This document shows, piece after piece, positions 28,545 to 38,407 of a stretch of DNA of 64,000 nt; within the stretch, counting starts at the first letter, position 1, and every line of letters starts with the position of its first letter. The position numbers and the translations under genes are program-made. The stretch comes from Veillonellales bacterium (GTDB taxonomy: Bacteria > Bacillota > Negativicutes > JAAYSF01). Where the stretch lies: contig JBDKTO010000117.1 in assembly GCA_039680175.1 (NCBI GenBank), positions 47,278 through 111,277 of the forward strand, read 5' to 3'. The notes beneath the pieces are model-generated. The model searched no databases and was not told the origin of the DNA. It was given only the letters and a program-made list of their open reading frames with translations.

Positions 28545-30029
28545 ATGAATGATCAGGATTTGCGGCCGATTGTGGAGGTCAGTTATTTAAGCACGGACAA
28601 CACCTGGCGGTACCGGGCTATTTTGCGGTACTGCTTTCTCCAGCATGAGCGTTTGCGCCACTATGTGTATCCGGAAGAGATTTATCAGGATTTGCGGCAA
28701 AACAGTTTTTTTGCCGAATACAGCGAGGACCAGCTGCAGCAGGATTTAAAGCAGCTGGTGGAGTGGAAGAATTTGATTCCCCGGCAGGAAACGGGACGGG
28801 TTCATACGATTGAGGACTTTAAGCGAAAAAAGTTTCGCTATCAATGTACGCCCTACACGATTGAAATTGAACGGATGGTGAATAAGCTGGCCCAGCTGGG
28901 GGGCGGCTTTGGCGGCGGTTCTCTGGAGGTTACGCTGTTTGAGCGGCTGCTATCATCGCTGGTGCGGCTGCTGGAGCAGGGAATGACTCTGGAGGCGGGG
29001 GAACTGAATCAGACGTGGGAAGATTTGTACGGCTATTTTCGCGACATGGTGCAGAATGCTTCCGATTATCTGGCGCATTTGAAAAGCGACAAGGTGGAGG
29101 AGCACATGATGACGGAGGCGTTTGTCGCGTATAAGAATGCGTTTACCCAGTATTTGCAGAATTTTATTTTGAGTATGCAGCGGACTTCTTTTAAAATCGA
29201 GGGGGCGCTGAAAAAGGCTTCGCCGGAGCTGGCAGCCGGGATCGCCGGGAGGCTGGCGGATTACCAGCTGAGCATTCCCCGGATGGAGCCCCAACCCGGA
29301 CGGGAAGAGTGGCAGGAAAGCTATCAGGATAAATACCGCAGTCTGTCCGAGTGGTTTTTGGGGCGGGGAAATCATCCCAGCGAACTGATCACGCTGCAGA
29401 ATGAGACGACGGAAACAATCAGGCGGATTACCCGGTTTGCCCAGCGGGTGGGGGAGAGACGGCAGGCGTTCCGCAGCCGGCGTCATGATTATCTGCATTT
29501 GGCCGGCTGGTTTGCCGGTCTGCCGGCAGTGGGGGAATGCCATCAGCTGTCGTCGCTCTTATTCGGCATTGCCCATACCCGCCATTTTTACGGCGAACCC
29601 CGGCTCAGCGAGGATATGGACAGTTTGGTGTGGGACGAAGCGCCGACAGTGGTGACGGTGACGCCGCGGGTCGCAGGCTACCGGGAGAAGAGCCGGCCGG
29701 GGGCGGTGGTTGACCGGACGGCGGAAAAGCGGGCCGCTTTGCAGGAGTATATTGCCGGTCAGCGGCAGAAGGAAGCGTTGCTTGAGGGGTTAATCTGCAA
29801 TCAGCGGATTGTATTGGCCGATTTGCCGGAAGTGGATCCCTTTGTCCGCAAAACGCTGCTGGTGTGGATTACCCGCTGCATGCAAAATAAGGAGCGGCGG
29901 ATTCAGACTGAGACCGGGCGAAGCATCCGGCTGCTGGACGGCGTCAGGGGCAGCCGGACTGTGCTGCGCAGTACGGACGGCGAACTGGAGATGCCGAATT
30001 ATATTTTAGAATTCAGCGGTGCCCGGTAA
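28545..30029 (+). CDS. jetA: Wadjet JetA-like / MksF-like kleisin-type subunit (DUF3375 / TIGR02677-type)
   Basis: 494 aa. It is the first of four co-oriented, overlapping genes ending in a >1400-aa SMC-like ATPase and a Toprim protein. Glycine-rich linker GGGFGGGS. Size and position fit JetA. The family was not verified by search. Confidence 0.6.
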   Translation: MNDQDLRPIVEVSYLSTDNTWRYRAILRYCFLQHERLRHYVYPEEIYQDLRQNSFFAEYSEDQLQQDLKQLVEWKNLIPRQETGRVHTIEDFKRKKFRYQCTPYTIEIERMVNKLAQLGGGFGGGSLEVTLFERLLSSLVRLLEQGMTLEAGELNQTWEDLYGYFRDMVQNASDYLAHLKSDKVEEHMMTEAFVAYKNAFTQYLQNFILSMQRTSFKIEGALKKASPELAAGIAGRLADYQLSIPRMEPQPGREEWQESYQDKYRSLSEWFLGRGNHPSELITLQNETTETIRRITRFAQRVGERRQAFRSRRHDYLHLAGWFAGLPAVGECHQLSSLLFGIAHTRHFYGEPRLSEDMDSLVWDEAPTVVTVTPRVAGYREKSRPGAVVDRTAEKRAALQEYIAGQRQKEALLEGLICNQRIVLADLPEVDPFVRKTLLVWITRCMQNKERRIQTETGRSIRLLDGVRGSRTVLRSTDGELEMPNYILEFSGAR

Positions 30030-30051
30030 ACAGAAAAGTGTGGAGGATGTT

Positions 30052-31254
30052 ATGGCGCAGGACAATCTGGTTTCGCTGCAGGCTGATCCGGAAGATATCA
30101 GAGAAGCAACGACGTTACTATTGGAAAATTATTGGATTCTCCGGGAGGAACAGCCGGAGCAGTATCAGCTGATCCGCCGTTATGAACCGGCGTTAAGACG
30201 GTATTTTTTTGAAAAATGCGGCTGGCGGCTGATTCAAAATCCTCAGTTCTACAAGCTGGAAAAAATTCCGGATCAGCCCCAGGCCTGGATGGGAATTGAA
30301 AGTTTTCAGCAACCCAGGGATTATTCGCTGCTGTGCTGCCTGCTGGCTTTTTTGGAAGAAAAGGCGGTAGAGGAGCAATTTTTGCTCAGTGAGCTGTGTG
30401 AAAGCATTTTGGCTTTCTATCCTCACGAGGCGGGGGACGGCGGCAGGCTGAACTGGGAAAATTATGAGCATCGCCGGTCGCTGGTCCGGGTCCTTGCCTT
30501 TGCGGCGGAAGCCGGACTGCTGCGGCTGGTGGATGGAGACAGCGAGCAGTTTGCGATGCGCCGGGAGGGGGAAGCCTTGTATGAGGTGACTCTGTTGGCG
30601 CGTTATTTTTTACGTTCCTATCCGAAAGATTTGCAGCAGTACGACAGCATGCAATCGCTGCAGGCCGCCGAGCTTTCCGACGACGAGGCTGCTACGGGGA
30701 CGGGGCGCCGGAACCGGATTTACCGGCAGCTGCTGCTGACGGCGGCGTATAACGGCGACGACGCCCGGCCGGAAGATTTCGCCTATTTACGGAATATGCA
30801 GCGGCGGCTGCGGGAGGAACTGGAGAATACGACCGGTCTGCAGTTTGAACTGTACAAGGATTGCGCTATGCTGACAAGCCCGGAACGGACCGGCTGGGGC
30901 CGGCAGATTTTTCCGGCTTATCGCAGCGGGATTCATGCCGTGGTTTTGCATTTTGCGGCACTGTACCGCCGGCAGCGGCAGAAAAAAGAGGCGCCGGACA
31001 GTCTGAGCGCCGTGGAATTCGAGGGTTTGGCGGCGGAATGCCGCCGGGAGTATGGGTCGGGCTGGACGAAGGAATACCGGGAGCTGCCGCTGGGCAGACT
31101 GGCTGCCACTGTGCTGGCGGAGCTGGTGGAGTGGAATATGGCGGTAACCGACAGGGAAACCGGACTGATTCAATTCCGACCGGCGCTGGGACGGCTGCAG
31201 GGGCAGTATCCGACGGATTATCAGGGCAAGAGCCGGGAGGGGAAAAGCAGATGA
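30052..31254 (+). CDS. jetB: Wadjet JetB-like / MksE-like subunit (DUF4194 / TIGR02678-type)
   Basis: ~400 aa. A strong RBS (ggagg) lies 7 nt upstream of the ATG at 30052. Its stop TGA overlaps the jetC ATG (ATGA at 31251-31254). Confidence 0.55.
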   Translation: MAQDNLVSLQADPEDIREATTLLLENYWILREEQPEQYQLIRRYEPALRRYFFEKCGWRLIQNPQFYKLEKIPDQPQAWMGIESFQQPRDYSLLCCLLAFLEEKAVEEQFLLSELCESILAFYPHEAGDGGRLNWENYEHRRSLVRVLAFAAEAGLLRLVDGDSEQFAMRREGEALYEVTLLARYFLRSYPKDLQQYDSMQSLQAAELSDDEAATGTGRRNRIYRQLLLTAAYNGDDARPEDFAYLRNMQRRLREELENTTGLQFELYKDCAMLTSPERTGWGRQIFPAYRSGIHAVVLHFAALYRRQRQKKEAPDSLSAVEFEGLAAECRREYGSGWTKEYRELPLGRLAATVLAELVEWNMAVTDRETGLIQFRPALGRLQGQYPTDYQGKSREGKSR

Positions 31255-34200
31255 GGAACAAATGGCAGATGAACCGGGCCGGTGTGCTGAATTACTGGTA
31301 TTATGATGAGGAAGAATTTGATTTTGCCGATGGACGGCTGCTGCTGCGAGGCAGCAACGGATCGGGAAAATCGGTGACGATGCAAAGCTTGATTACGGTG
31401 CTGCTTGACGGGGTCAAGAGTCCGGACCGTTTGGACAGCTTTGGTTCCCGTTCCCGGCGGATGGAGGATTATCTGCTGGGGGAAAAGGAAATCGTCAACC
31501 GGGATGAGCGTACCGGCTATCTGTATCTGGAGTACAAGCGGCAGCAGACGGATCAATATGTGACCACCGGTATCGGTCTTCACGCCCGGCGCGGCGGCAC
31601 CGTTGATTTTTGGGGCTTTGTCATTACCGACAACCGGCGTATCGGCCGGGATTTCTGGCTGTATAAGCGGGAGATGAATCCGGAAGACGGCTCCCCCCAG
31701 CGCATCCCTTTTACCCGGGCCGAGCTGGAACGGGCCGTCGGCTCCGGCGGACAGGTGGTGCGGTCGCAGAAGGACTATATGGAACTGGTGAACCGGCATG
31801 TATTCGGGTTCGAGAATTTGGAGCAGTATCAGGAACTGATGAAGCTTCTCATTCAGCTGCGCAGTCCGAAATTGTCTAAGGATTTTAAGCCCAGTGTTAT
31901 TTATGAAATTTTAAATGAATCGCTGCCGTCTTTGTCGGATGAAGAATTGCGTCCGTTGTCGGATACGATTGAAAGCATGGAGCGGATCAAGCTTCAGATC
32001 GAGCAAATGGAACGGGATCGCCAGGCTTTGAACCGGTTGTGCCGCCAGTATGACGGATATAACGAGTATGTGCTGGCGGAAAAGGCGGACTTGGCGCAAA
32101 AAGCCGAACGGCGGCACAGCCGGCTGGAACGGGAGGGCAAAGAACTGGCGGAAGGACTAGCGGAAGCAGCCGGACTGCTGACGGAACAGCGGCGGAGTCA
32201 GGCGGAGCTGGAACGGGAGCTGGCAGTTCTGGAAGTGGAAAAGGCGGAACTGGAGAAGCATGATGTATTTCAGGTGGAGCAGCAAAAGCAGGCCAAGGAA
32301 CAGCAGCTGATCCAGCTGGAGGGTGAGCAGAAAAACCGGGAAGAGAAATTGGCGGAGCGGCAAAAGGGAGAGCGGGAAGAACGGCAGCTGGTTTTGGAAT
32401 ATGAAGGACAGCGGGAAACCTTCCGGCAGGGAATGGAAGAACAGCTGGAAGACATGGCTGCTTTGGCGGCGGAAGCTGATTTCAGCGATCATGAGTTGTT
32501 GGCGCGGGATTTTGCCGTTCAGCCGGCAAAGGTTTCTTTCGGGGGATGGCGGCAAAATTCCCAATCCCATGTAGCAAGGCTGGAAGCGGGGCTGCAGGTG
32601 CTGCGTCGGCAGCGGGAAGCCCGGCTGCGCCGCGACCGGATTGAACAGGAACTGGGGGAGGAACGGCGACTGCTCGACGAATACCGGGGCGAACATCGTA
32701 AGCTGGAGCAGCGGTTTCTGGAGGTCCGGGAGCAGCTGTTGGCCGATGTGTACAGCTGGCAGCAGCGTTATGACGCTGATTTGCCGCTGGAGAAGGAAGA
32801 ACTGCGGCAGATTGCCCAGGGCATTCAGGGATTGTATGAAGGACGGCTGTGGAGCGATGTGCAGGCGCCGCTGGATACAGCTTACGGGCGGCAGGTCGAC
32901 CGGCTGAACCAGGAACTGGGTTTAAACGGAGCCCGGCTGCGCCAGCTGGAGGAACAGGAACAGGGTCTGCAGCAGGAACTGCAATCCTGGCGGGATCAGC
33001 GGGATCCGGAGCCGGAGCGGCTGCCGGATGTGGAGGCGACCCGCCGGCTGCTGACGGAAAAACAGGTCCCTTTCGTGCCTTTTTATGCGGCTGTCGAATT
33101 TGATTCCAGGGTGACGCCGGCCATGCGGGAGCGTCTGGAAGCGGCACTGACCGATATGGGGCTGCTGGATGCTTTGATTGTTCCGGCCGGCCGGCTGCCG
33201 GAACTTTCCGGACTGGAGGCTTACGGTTCGGTGTTTTATCCGGATCCCCAGATTATGACTGCCACGCTGGCGGATTATCTGCAGCCGACTCCGCCGGTAG
33301 ACGGGAAGGTGTCGGCGGCGGATATTGATGAGGTTCTGCGGAGCATTTTGATTGACGACTGCCGGCCGGGGACAGGGCCGGCGGCGAATGGCAGCAGCCA
33401 GCCGGTGCTTTCGGCTGACAGCGGCGATTACCGGTTGAACCTCGTCAGCGGTCGGGCGTCCCGCCGCCAGTCGGCGGTCTATATCGGCAGGCAGGCCCGT
33501 CAGGAATACCGGCGCCGGCAGATGGCTGAGCTGGAGGAAAAGCTACGGGAAACGGCGCTGGCTGTGGAAGAGGTTCATGGGAAAATGCAGCTGCTGCGAA
33601 GCCGTCAGGAGAAAAATCGCCAGGCCAGGGAAGACTTTCCGGCAGAAACGGAAATCCGGGAGATTTTTCATAACAAGCAGGCGGTGACCGCGAATATTGT
33701 CCGGCAGGAACAGCGGGTCAATGTAGTGGACGGGCGGCTGCGGGAAGTTACCGGTGAAGTGCTGTCTTTGCGGCAGGAGTGGCAGAAGGTCAGCGACGGG
33801 CTGAAGCTGCCGGCGGATGAATCCGGTTATGAAGGCGCGGTGTCGGTGATGCGGCAGTATCAGCAGAGTCTCCATGAGCTGGAATTGAGCCGGCAGGGAT
33901 TTTTGAACAGCAGCGATAATGCCCGGCAATGCGGCCGACGGCTGGCGGATTTGTCCGCCGAGGTGGACGGATTGAAAGGCGAACTGCTGGTGCAGGAAGG
34001 CCGGCTGCAGACGATCCGGCTGGAAATTGACCGGCTGGAAAGCCGGATGCGGGAGATGGGAGCGGAAGAACTGCGGGAGCGTGTTCGGTTTGTGGCCAAA
34101 CGGCTGAAGGAAATACCGGCAGCGGTCAAAGAACTGATTGCCGCTGCTGCCAAACTGGAAGGCGATATTCGCCTCCAGGAAAGCCGCAAGCTGGAAGTGG

Positions 34201-35480
34201 CGGCTAAGACTCAGTTTGTCGGACAGCTGATTGTCTGCTGGCAGCAGCTGCTGAAGCAGGAATTGCAGCTGGGTTTGGTTTATCCGCCGGACGAGACGAC
34301 TGACAGCGGCGGGATCCTTCGCGACAAGGGCGGCTGGCTGAAGCCTGACAAACCGGACCGCATCAGCCTGACGGATCGGATCAGCAAAAGCTTTGCGGTG
34401 GAAAATAATGTGCTGATGGAATACCGGATGCAGCTGGAGCCGCTGACTGTTGAAATTAAGGCTGTACCGGTTTTGCCGGAAAATAGGGAGGAAGACGACG
34501 GACTGGCCGCCGATCTGGAAAAGCTGCGGGAGAAATCGCATCGTCTGGTGATTACTCTGGATTACGACGGACGGCGGCAGAATCCTTATCAACTGCAGCA
34601 GGTTTTGAACCGGCAAATTGAGGAGCAAAAGGCGATTTTGTCCGATAAGGACAAGGAATTGTATGAAGAAGTGATTATGAACAGTATCGGCCGGATTATC
34701 AGCCGCCGCATCCGTTCGGCTCAGCAATGGGTAGAGAAAATGAACAAACTGATGCAGCAGCGGGACAATTCCAGCGGATTGAAGTTTAAACTGGAGTGGA
34801 AAGCGCGGACCGCGGACCGGGATGAGGAACTGGATACGCAGGATTTGGTGCGGCTGCTGCATGCCGATCCGGCGGTTCTAAAGGAAGAGGATTTAGCGAA
34901 AATGGTGAGCCACTTTCAGTCCCGCATCCAGCAGGCCAAGCAGGCCAGCGAAGGAGCAGCCGGGGAAGCCGAGGCCACTTTTCAGCAGGCCGTCCGGCAG
35001 CTGCTGGATTATCGCCTCTGGTTCCAATTTAAGCTGCAGTATACCCAGGTAAATTTGAACTGGCGGGAACTGAGCGATAAGGTATTTTTCAAGTTCAGCG
35101 GCGGTGAAAAAGCCATGGCCATGTATATTCCCCTATTTTCAGCCGCTTATTCCCGTTATCAGGAGGCCGGTCCGGACGCGCCGTATATTATTACTTTGGA
35201 TGAAGCCTTTGCCGGGGTGGATGAAAACAATATCCGGGATACTTTTGCCTTAGTGGAGCAGTTAGGGTTTAATTATATTATGAATTCCCAGGCGTTGTGG
35301 GGAGATTATGATGTGGTGCCGTCTTTGGCGGTTTGCGAGCTGATTCGCCCCCAGAATGCGCCTTATGTTACGGTGGTGCGGTATCACTGGAACGGGTCGG
35401 TGCGGACACTGCAGGCAGCCGGCGAGGCGGAACAGGCTGCTTCTTCGGTGGTGGCCGCCGCCCGGCAGGGGGAACAATGA
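31251..35480 (+). CDS. jetC: Wadjet JetC-like / MksB-like SMC-family ATPase
   Basis: 1409 aa from the ATG at 31251. The ORF-track start at 30861 lies inside jetB and is rejected. Walker A GSNGSGKS (aa 34-41). Two long E/Q/R/L-rich coiled-coil arms. C-terminal ABC signature FSGGEKAMAMYIPLF and Walker B YIITLDEAFAGVDE. Confidence 0.8.
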   Translation: MRNKWQMNRAGVLNYWYYDEEEFDFADGRLLLRGSNGSGKSVTMQSLITVLLDGVKSPDRLDSFGSRSRRMEDYLLGEKEIVNRDERTGYLYLEYKRQQTDQYVTTGIGLHARRGGTVDFWGFVITDNRRIGRDFWLYKREMNPEDGSPQRIPFTRAELERAVGSGGQVVRSQKDYMELVNRHVFGFENLEQYQELMKLLIQLRSPKLSKDFKPSVIYEILNESLPSLSDEELRPLSDTIESMERIKLQIEQMERDRQALNRLCRQYDGYNEYVLAEKADLAQKAERRHSRLEREGKELAEGLAEAAGLLTEQRRSQAELERELAVLEVEKAELEKHDVFQVEQQKQAKEQQLIQLEGEQKNREEKLAERQKGEREERQLVLEYEGQRETFRQGMEEQLEDMAALAAEADFSDHELLARDFAVQPAKVSFGGWRQNSQSHVARLEAGLQVLRRQREARLRRDRIEQELGEERRLLDEYRGEHRKLEQRFLEVREQLLADVYSWQQRYDADLPLEKEELRQIAQGIQGLYEGRLWSDVQAPLDTAYGRQVDRLNQELGLNGARLRQLEEQEQGLQQELQSWRDQRDPEPERLPDVEATRRLLTEKQVPFVPFYAAVEFDSRVTPAMRERLEAALTDMGLLDALIVPAGRLPELSGLEAYGSVFYPDPQIMTATLADYLQPTPPVDGKVSAADIDEVLRSILIDDCRPGTGPAANGSSQPVLSADSGDYRLNLVSGRASRRQSAVYIGRQARQEYRRRQMAELEEKLRETALAVEEVHGKMQLLRSRQEKNRQAREDFPAETEIREIFHNKQAVTANIVRQEQRVNVVDGRLREVTGEVLSLRQEWQKVSDGLKLPADESGYEGAVSVMRQYQQSLHELELSRQGFLNSSDNARQCGRRLADLSAEVDGLKGELLVQEGRLQTIRLEIDRLESRMREMGAEELRERVRFVAKRLKEIPAAVKELIAAAAKLEGDIRLQESRKLEVAAKTQFVGQLIVCWQQLLKQELQLGLVYPPDETTDSGGILRDKGGWLKPDKPDRISLTDRISKSFAVENNVLMEYRMQLEPLTVEIKAVPVLPENREEDDGLAADLEKLREKSHRLVITLDYDGRRQNPYQLQQVLNRQIEEQKAILSDKDKELYEEVIMNSIGRIISRRIRSAQQWVEKMNKLMQQRDNSSGLKFKLEWKARTADRDEELDTQDLVRLLHADPAVLKEEDLAKMVSHFQSRIQQAKQASEGAAGEAEATFQQAVRQLLDYRLWFQFKLQYTQVNLNWRELSDKVFFKFSGGEKAMAMYIPLFSAAYSRYQEAGPDAPYIITLDEAFAGVDENNIRDTFALVEQLGFNYIMNSQALWGDYDVVPSLAVCELIRPQNAPYVTVVRYHWNGSVRTLQAAGEAEQAASSVVAAARQGEQ

Positions 35481-36853
35481 GCGGAAAGAAGCCGCAGGAC
35501 CTACTGCTGGCCGAGGCGGCGGACTACTTTCATTCCCATTCCGGCCTGGAGCGCCTCCTGGCCGGAATGACGGAAAAGTACCGTACGCTGGGCCGGCTGG
35601 CGGGAGTCGTGGTATTGACCGGAGTCAGCAGGGAAGAAAAGACAGCTTTGGAGTCTTTTTTTCGCCGGGTGCTGCCGGCAGGCAGTCTGCGGATTTCCGC
35701 CGAAAAGTTTAAAACCGCCTTGGCGGAAACCCGGTTCGGCGGTTTGGACCCCTTGGCGGTACTGGCGGCCTGGCAGGGAGAACCCCTTGTCAGCCGCCGG
35801 GAGAAGCAGGAGCAGGCAGAGAGCCGGCGGCGCCGGGCGTTGACAGCATTGTTGGCTAAGTTTTCTCAGCCTTTTTGCCAGGCTTGGCTGAAAGGGGCGC
35901 TGGACCGGGAAGAAGGTACAAGACGGGTGCAGACGGCCTTTCGCCGCGATCCCCGTCGGTTTATGGAGAATATGTCAGTGGCGCTGCGGGCTATGGCCGG
36001 GTTGCCGGAAGAATATCGGCGGCTGCCGGTATTTTCCCGGGAAATATGCGGCAATCCCCACGGCCTGGATATTGACGGTGAGGCCGGGAAACTGCTGTTG
36101 GAAGGACTGGCATATATCCGCCGGTCAAGGCAGGAAGAGTGCGACAGCTCCTTTTGCACCGGCGACGGCGGCGAATCGCCGGAGAGACTGTCGGCTATTG
36201 AAGTAATTACGGAACTGTTGTATCATTTTCGGCTGCTGAGGGATGATTTGCTGAATTTTGTGACTTGCATCGGTTTGGCCGCTGATGACCGGCGGGGAGA
36301 GATCGTCTACTGGCGCCGGGCGGTTCAGGCCGGTGCGCCGCTGAATCTGCCCCTGCGGGAGGTAGTGCGGGCGGTAAAAATTTATCCGGCGGCAGCCGGG
36401 CGAGAGAACGATGCTGGTTATGAGGTGCTGGTGGTGGAAAATTCCGGAGTATTTTCGGCCCTGCTGGATGAAAAAGGCGGGGACGGCAGCTGGGGGGGAA
36501 AACCGCTGGTTTGTCTCCACGGTCAGCCGAAGCTGGCTTCCTGGGCTCTGCTGGATCGTCTTGCCGGCAGCGGTGCGCTGCTGCGCTATGCCGGCGATTT
36601 TGATCCGGAAGGGCTGCAGATTGCCCAGAAATTACTGCGGCGGTATGCCGGCCGGGCCGGTCTTTGGCGCATGACGGCGGCGGATTACCGGGAGGCCGGT
36701 CCGTCTGAACCCATCGGCCGGGGCCGGCTGAACAAATTACGGTCTGTTGTCCTGCCGGAACTGGCGCCGCTGTGTCAGCTGATGGAGCAGACGGGCCTGG
36801 CGGCTTATCAGGAGGGATTGCTGGCAAAGCTGGCCGCGGATATAGAACTTTAA
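35477..36853 (+). CDS. jetD: Wadjet JetD-like / MksG-like protein with a C-terminal Toprim-like domain (DUF3323+DUF2220-type)
   Basis: 458 aa. ATGA overlap with the jetC stop. The C-terminal region has Toprim-like acidic motifs (LVVENSGVF ... AGDFDPEGLQIA). Confidence 0.65.
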   Translation: MSGKKPQDLLLAEAADYFHSHSGLERLLAGMTEKYRTLGRLAGVVVLTGVSREEKTALESFFRRVLPAGSLRISAEKFKTALAETRFGGLDPLAVLAAWQGEPLVSRREKQEQAESRRRRALTALLAKFSQPFCQAWLKGALDREEGTRRVQTAFRRDPRRFMENMSVALRAMAGLPEEYRRLPVFSREICGNPHGLDIDGEAGKLLLEGLAYIRRSRQEECDSSFCTGDGGESPERLSAIEVITELLYHFRLLRDDLLNFVTCIGLAADDRRGEIVYWRRAVQAGAPLNLPLREVVRAVKIYPAAAGRENDAGYEVLVVENSGVFSALLDEKGGDGSWGGKPLVCLHGQPKLASWALLDRLAGSGALLRYAGDFDPEGLQIAQKLLRRYAGRAGLWRMTAADYREAGPSEPIGRGRLNKLRSVVLPELAPLCQLMEQTGLAAYQEGLLAKLAADIEL

Positions 36854-36859
36854 AAATAG

Positions 36860-38386
36860 GTGCAGATGGGAGCGACTGACATGACAAAACAGAGTAATTT
36901 CCTTAAACTGGAGTCTGGTTTTTGTTTTGACTATACCAACCTGTTTGGCGAGCAAAAAGTGACGGCCGGGGATGTTAACGAGCTGGCCGGCCGGCTGGAA
37001 CAGGCTCATCAGGCAGTCTGCCGGATGCGGGATACAGGTGAGGTCAGGGGGCATCGGTCGAAAGACGGTACGGCGGAAAAAGTGCTGTTTACTCAGTTGC
37101 CTTATATTGCCGACGGACAGTTGAATTCCCCGGCTTCCCTGGAACGGCTGAAGAATTTCGGTCGCTCCCTGCGCTGCCGGGCGGATGCGGTGGTGTCTTT
37201 TGGTATCGGCGGGTCCTATTTGGGCAATAAGGTTTTATTTGATGTTCACTGCGGTGAGTTTTGGAACAGTAAGACGGCTGAGGAACGGGACGGCTATCCT
37301 AAGCTGTATTTCAGCGGCAATAATATTGATCCTCGGCGGACGGGGGATTTGGTGGAGCAATTGGTGCGGGAAGCGAAGAGAAAGGACAACACACCCCACC
37401 CGGCAGGTACCCCTCTTGCTAGAGTGGATTGTAAACAGCCTTATAAGGTTACTTTGATTGTGATTTCCAAATCCGGGTCGACATTGGATACGATGTCGAA
37501 TTTTCTGGTGGTGTATGATGCGCTGCAAAAGCAGGCGCCGCTGATTGAAGTCGAGGTTGCGGCGGTGACGGATCCGGCGGCGGGGGAAAAGGCGACGCTG
37601 CTAAAAAAATTGGCTGGCGAGCAGGGATGGCGGACTTTCAGCGTGCCGGACGGCGTCGGCGGGCGGTTCAGTATATTTTCCGAAGTGGGGCTGATTACGG
37701 CGGCTTGCATCGGCTTTGACATGGACGGCTTTTTGGCCGGAGCCCGGAATATGGATGAAGTCTGTCAGACCGGGGATGTGTGGCGCAATCCGGCGATGCT
37801 GAATGCGGCGCTGAAATATCTGGCAGCGGCCAAGTACGGGCGGAATATTGAGGTATTTATGCCTTATGGTGATTATCTGAAGTCAGTGGCTGAGTGGTAT
37901 GTCCAGCTGCTGGCGGAATCTCTGGGAAAGCGAACCGATCGTGAGGGCAGGGACGTGTTTTACGGCCGGACGCCGATTGTGGCGGTCGGGACAACGGATA
38001 TGCATGCTCAGACCCAGCAGCATCAGGACGGCAAGCGAGATAAAGTGGTGCAGTTTGTCAGGGTGGCACAGTGGGAAAAAGACCCGGTGATTCCCAATTT
38101 GTATCCCCGGGTGGAGAAACTGGCCGATATGGCGGGAATTACTCTGGGTCAGGCACTGGAAGTCGCCCGGGAAGCCAACGCCGGGGCGCTGGCGGGCGAC
38201 GGACGGTTTAACGCCGTGTTTACACTGCCGCAGCTTACGGCTTATCATCTGGGAGAATTGCTGTATCTGCTGGCACTGTCGGTGGCTTACGAAGGGGAAC
38301 TTGCCAATGTGGATGCTTTCGACCAACCGGGAGTGGAGGCCTATAAGCGGCTGATGGGGCCAAGACTGAGAGCGCTAAAGAGTTAA
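36860..38386 (+). CDS. pgi: Glucose-6-phosphate isomerase
   Basis: PGI signatures GIGGSYLG, ISKSGSTLDT and DGVGGRFSIFSEVG. ~500 aa. Starts 7-28 nt after the jetD stop. Confidence 0.8.
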   Translation: MQMGATDMTKQSNFLKLESGFCFDYTNLFGEQKVTAGDVNELAGRLEQAHQAVCRMRDTGEVRGHRSKDGTAEKVLFTQLPYIADGQLNSPASLERLKNFGRSLRCRADAVVSFGIGGSYLGNKVLFDVHCGEFWNSKTAEERDGYPKLYFSGNNIDPRRTGDLVEQLVREAKRKDNTPHPAGTPLARVDCKQPYKVTLIVISKSGSTLDTMSNFLVVYDALQKQAPLIEVEVAAVTDPAAGEKATLLKKLAGEQGWRTFSVPDGVGGRFSIFSEVGLITAACIGFDMDGFLAGARNMDEVCQTGDVWRNPAMLNAALKYLAAAKYGRNIEVFMPYGDYLKSVAEWYVQLLAESLGKRTDREGRDVFYGRTPIVAVGTTDMHAQTQQHQDGKRDKVVQFVRVAQWEKDPVIPNLYPRVEKLADMAGITLGQALEVAREANAGALAGDGRFNAVFTLPQLTAYHLGELLYLLALSVAYEGELANVDAFDQPGVEAYKRLMGPRLRALKS

Positions 38387-38407
38387 GACGAAAAGGCGGA
38401 CAAGGAG

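Noticed and set aside
30861-31250. ORF-track start of the 1539-aa ORF at 30861, overlapping jetB by ~390 nt
   Set aside because: The N-terminal extension is a Gly/Ala/Pro-rich out-of-frame shadow of jetB with no motif. The ATG at 31251 overlaps the jetB stop (ATGA) and is followed at once by the Walker A motif, so 31251 is the likely start.
33543-34862. 439-aa ORF on the minus strand, and other long antisense ORFs inside GC-rich genes (27111..28349, 26178..27086, 24899..25924, 18880..19848, 49184..50302, 36207..36887, 32482..33147, 23748..24272, 28953..29543)
   Set aside because: All lie antisense to strongly supported genes (jetC, manB, galE, galU, rfbD, recD2, jetD/pgi). They have R/P/Q/L/H-rich low-complexity translations, and they lack RBSs and recognisable domains. 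They are typical shadow ORFs in GC-rich DNA.
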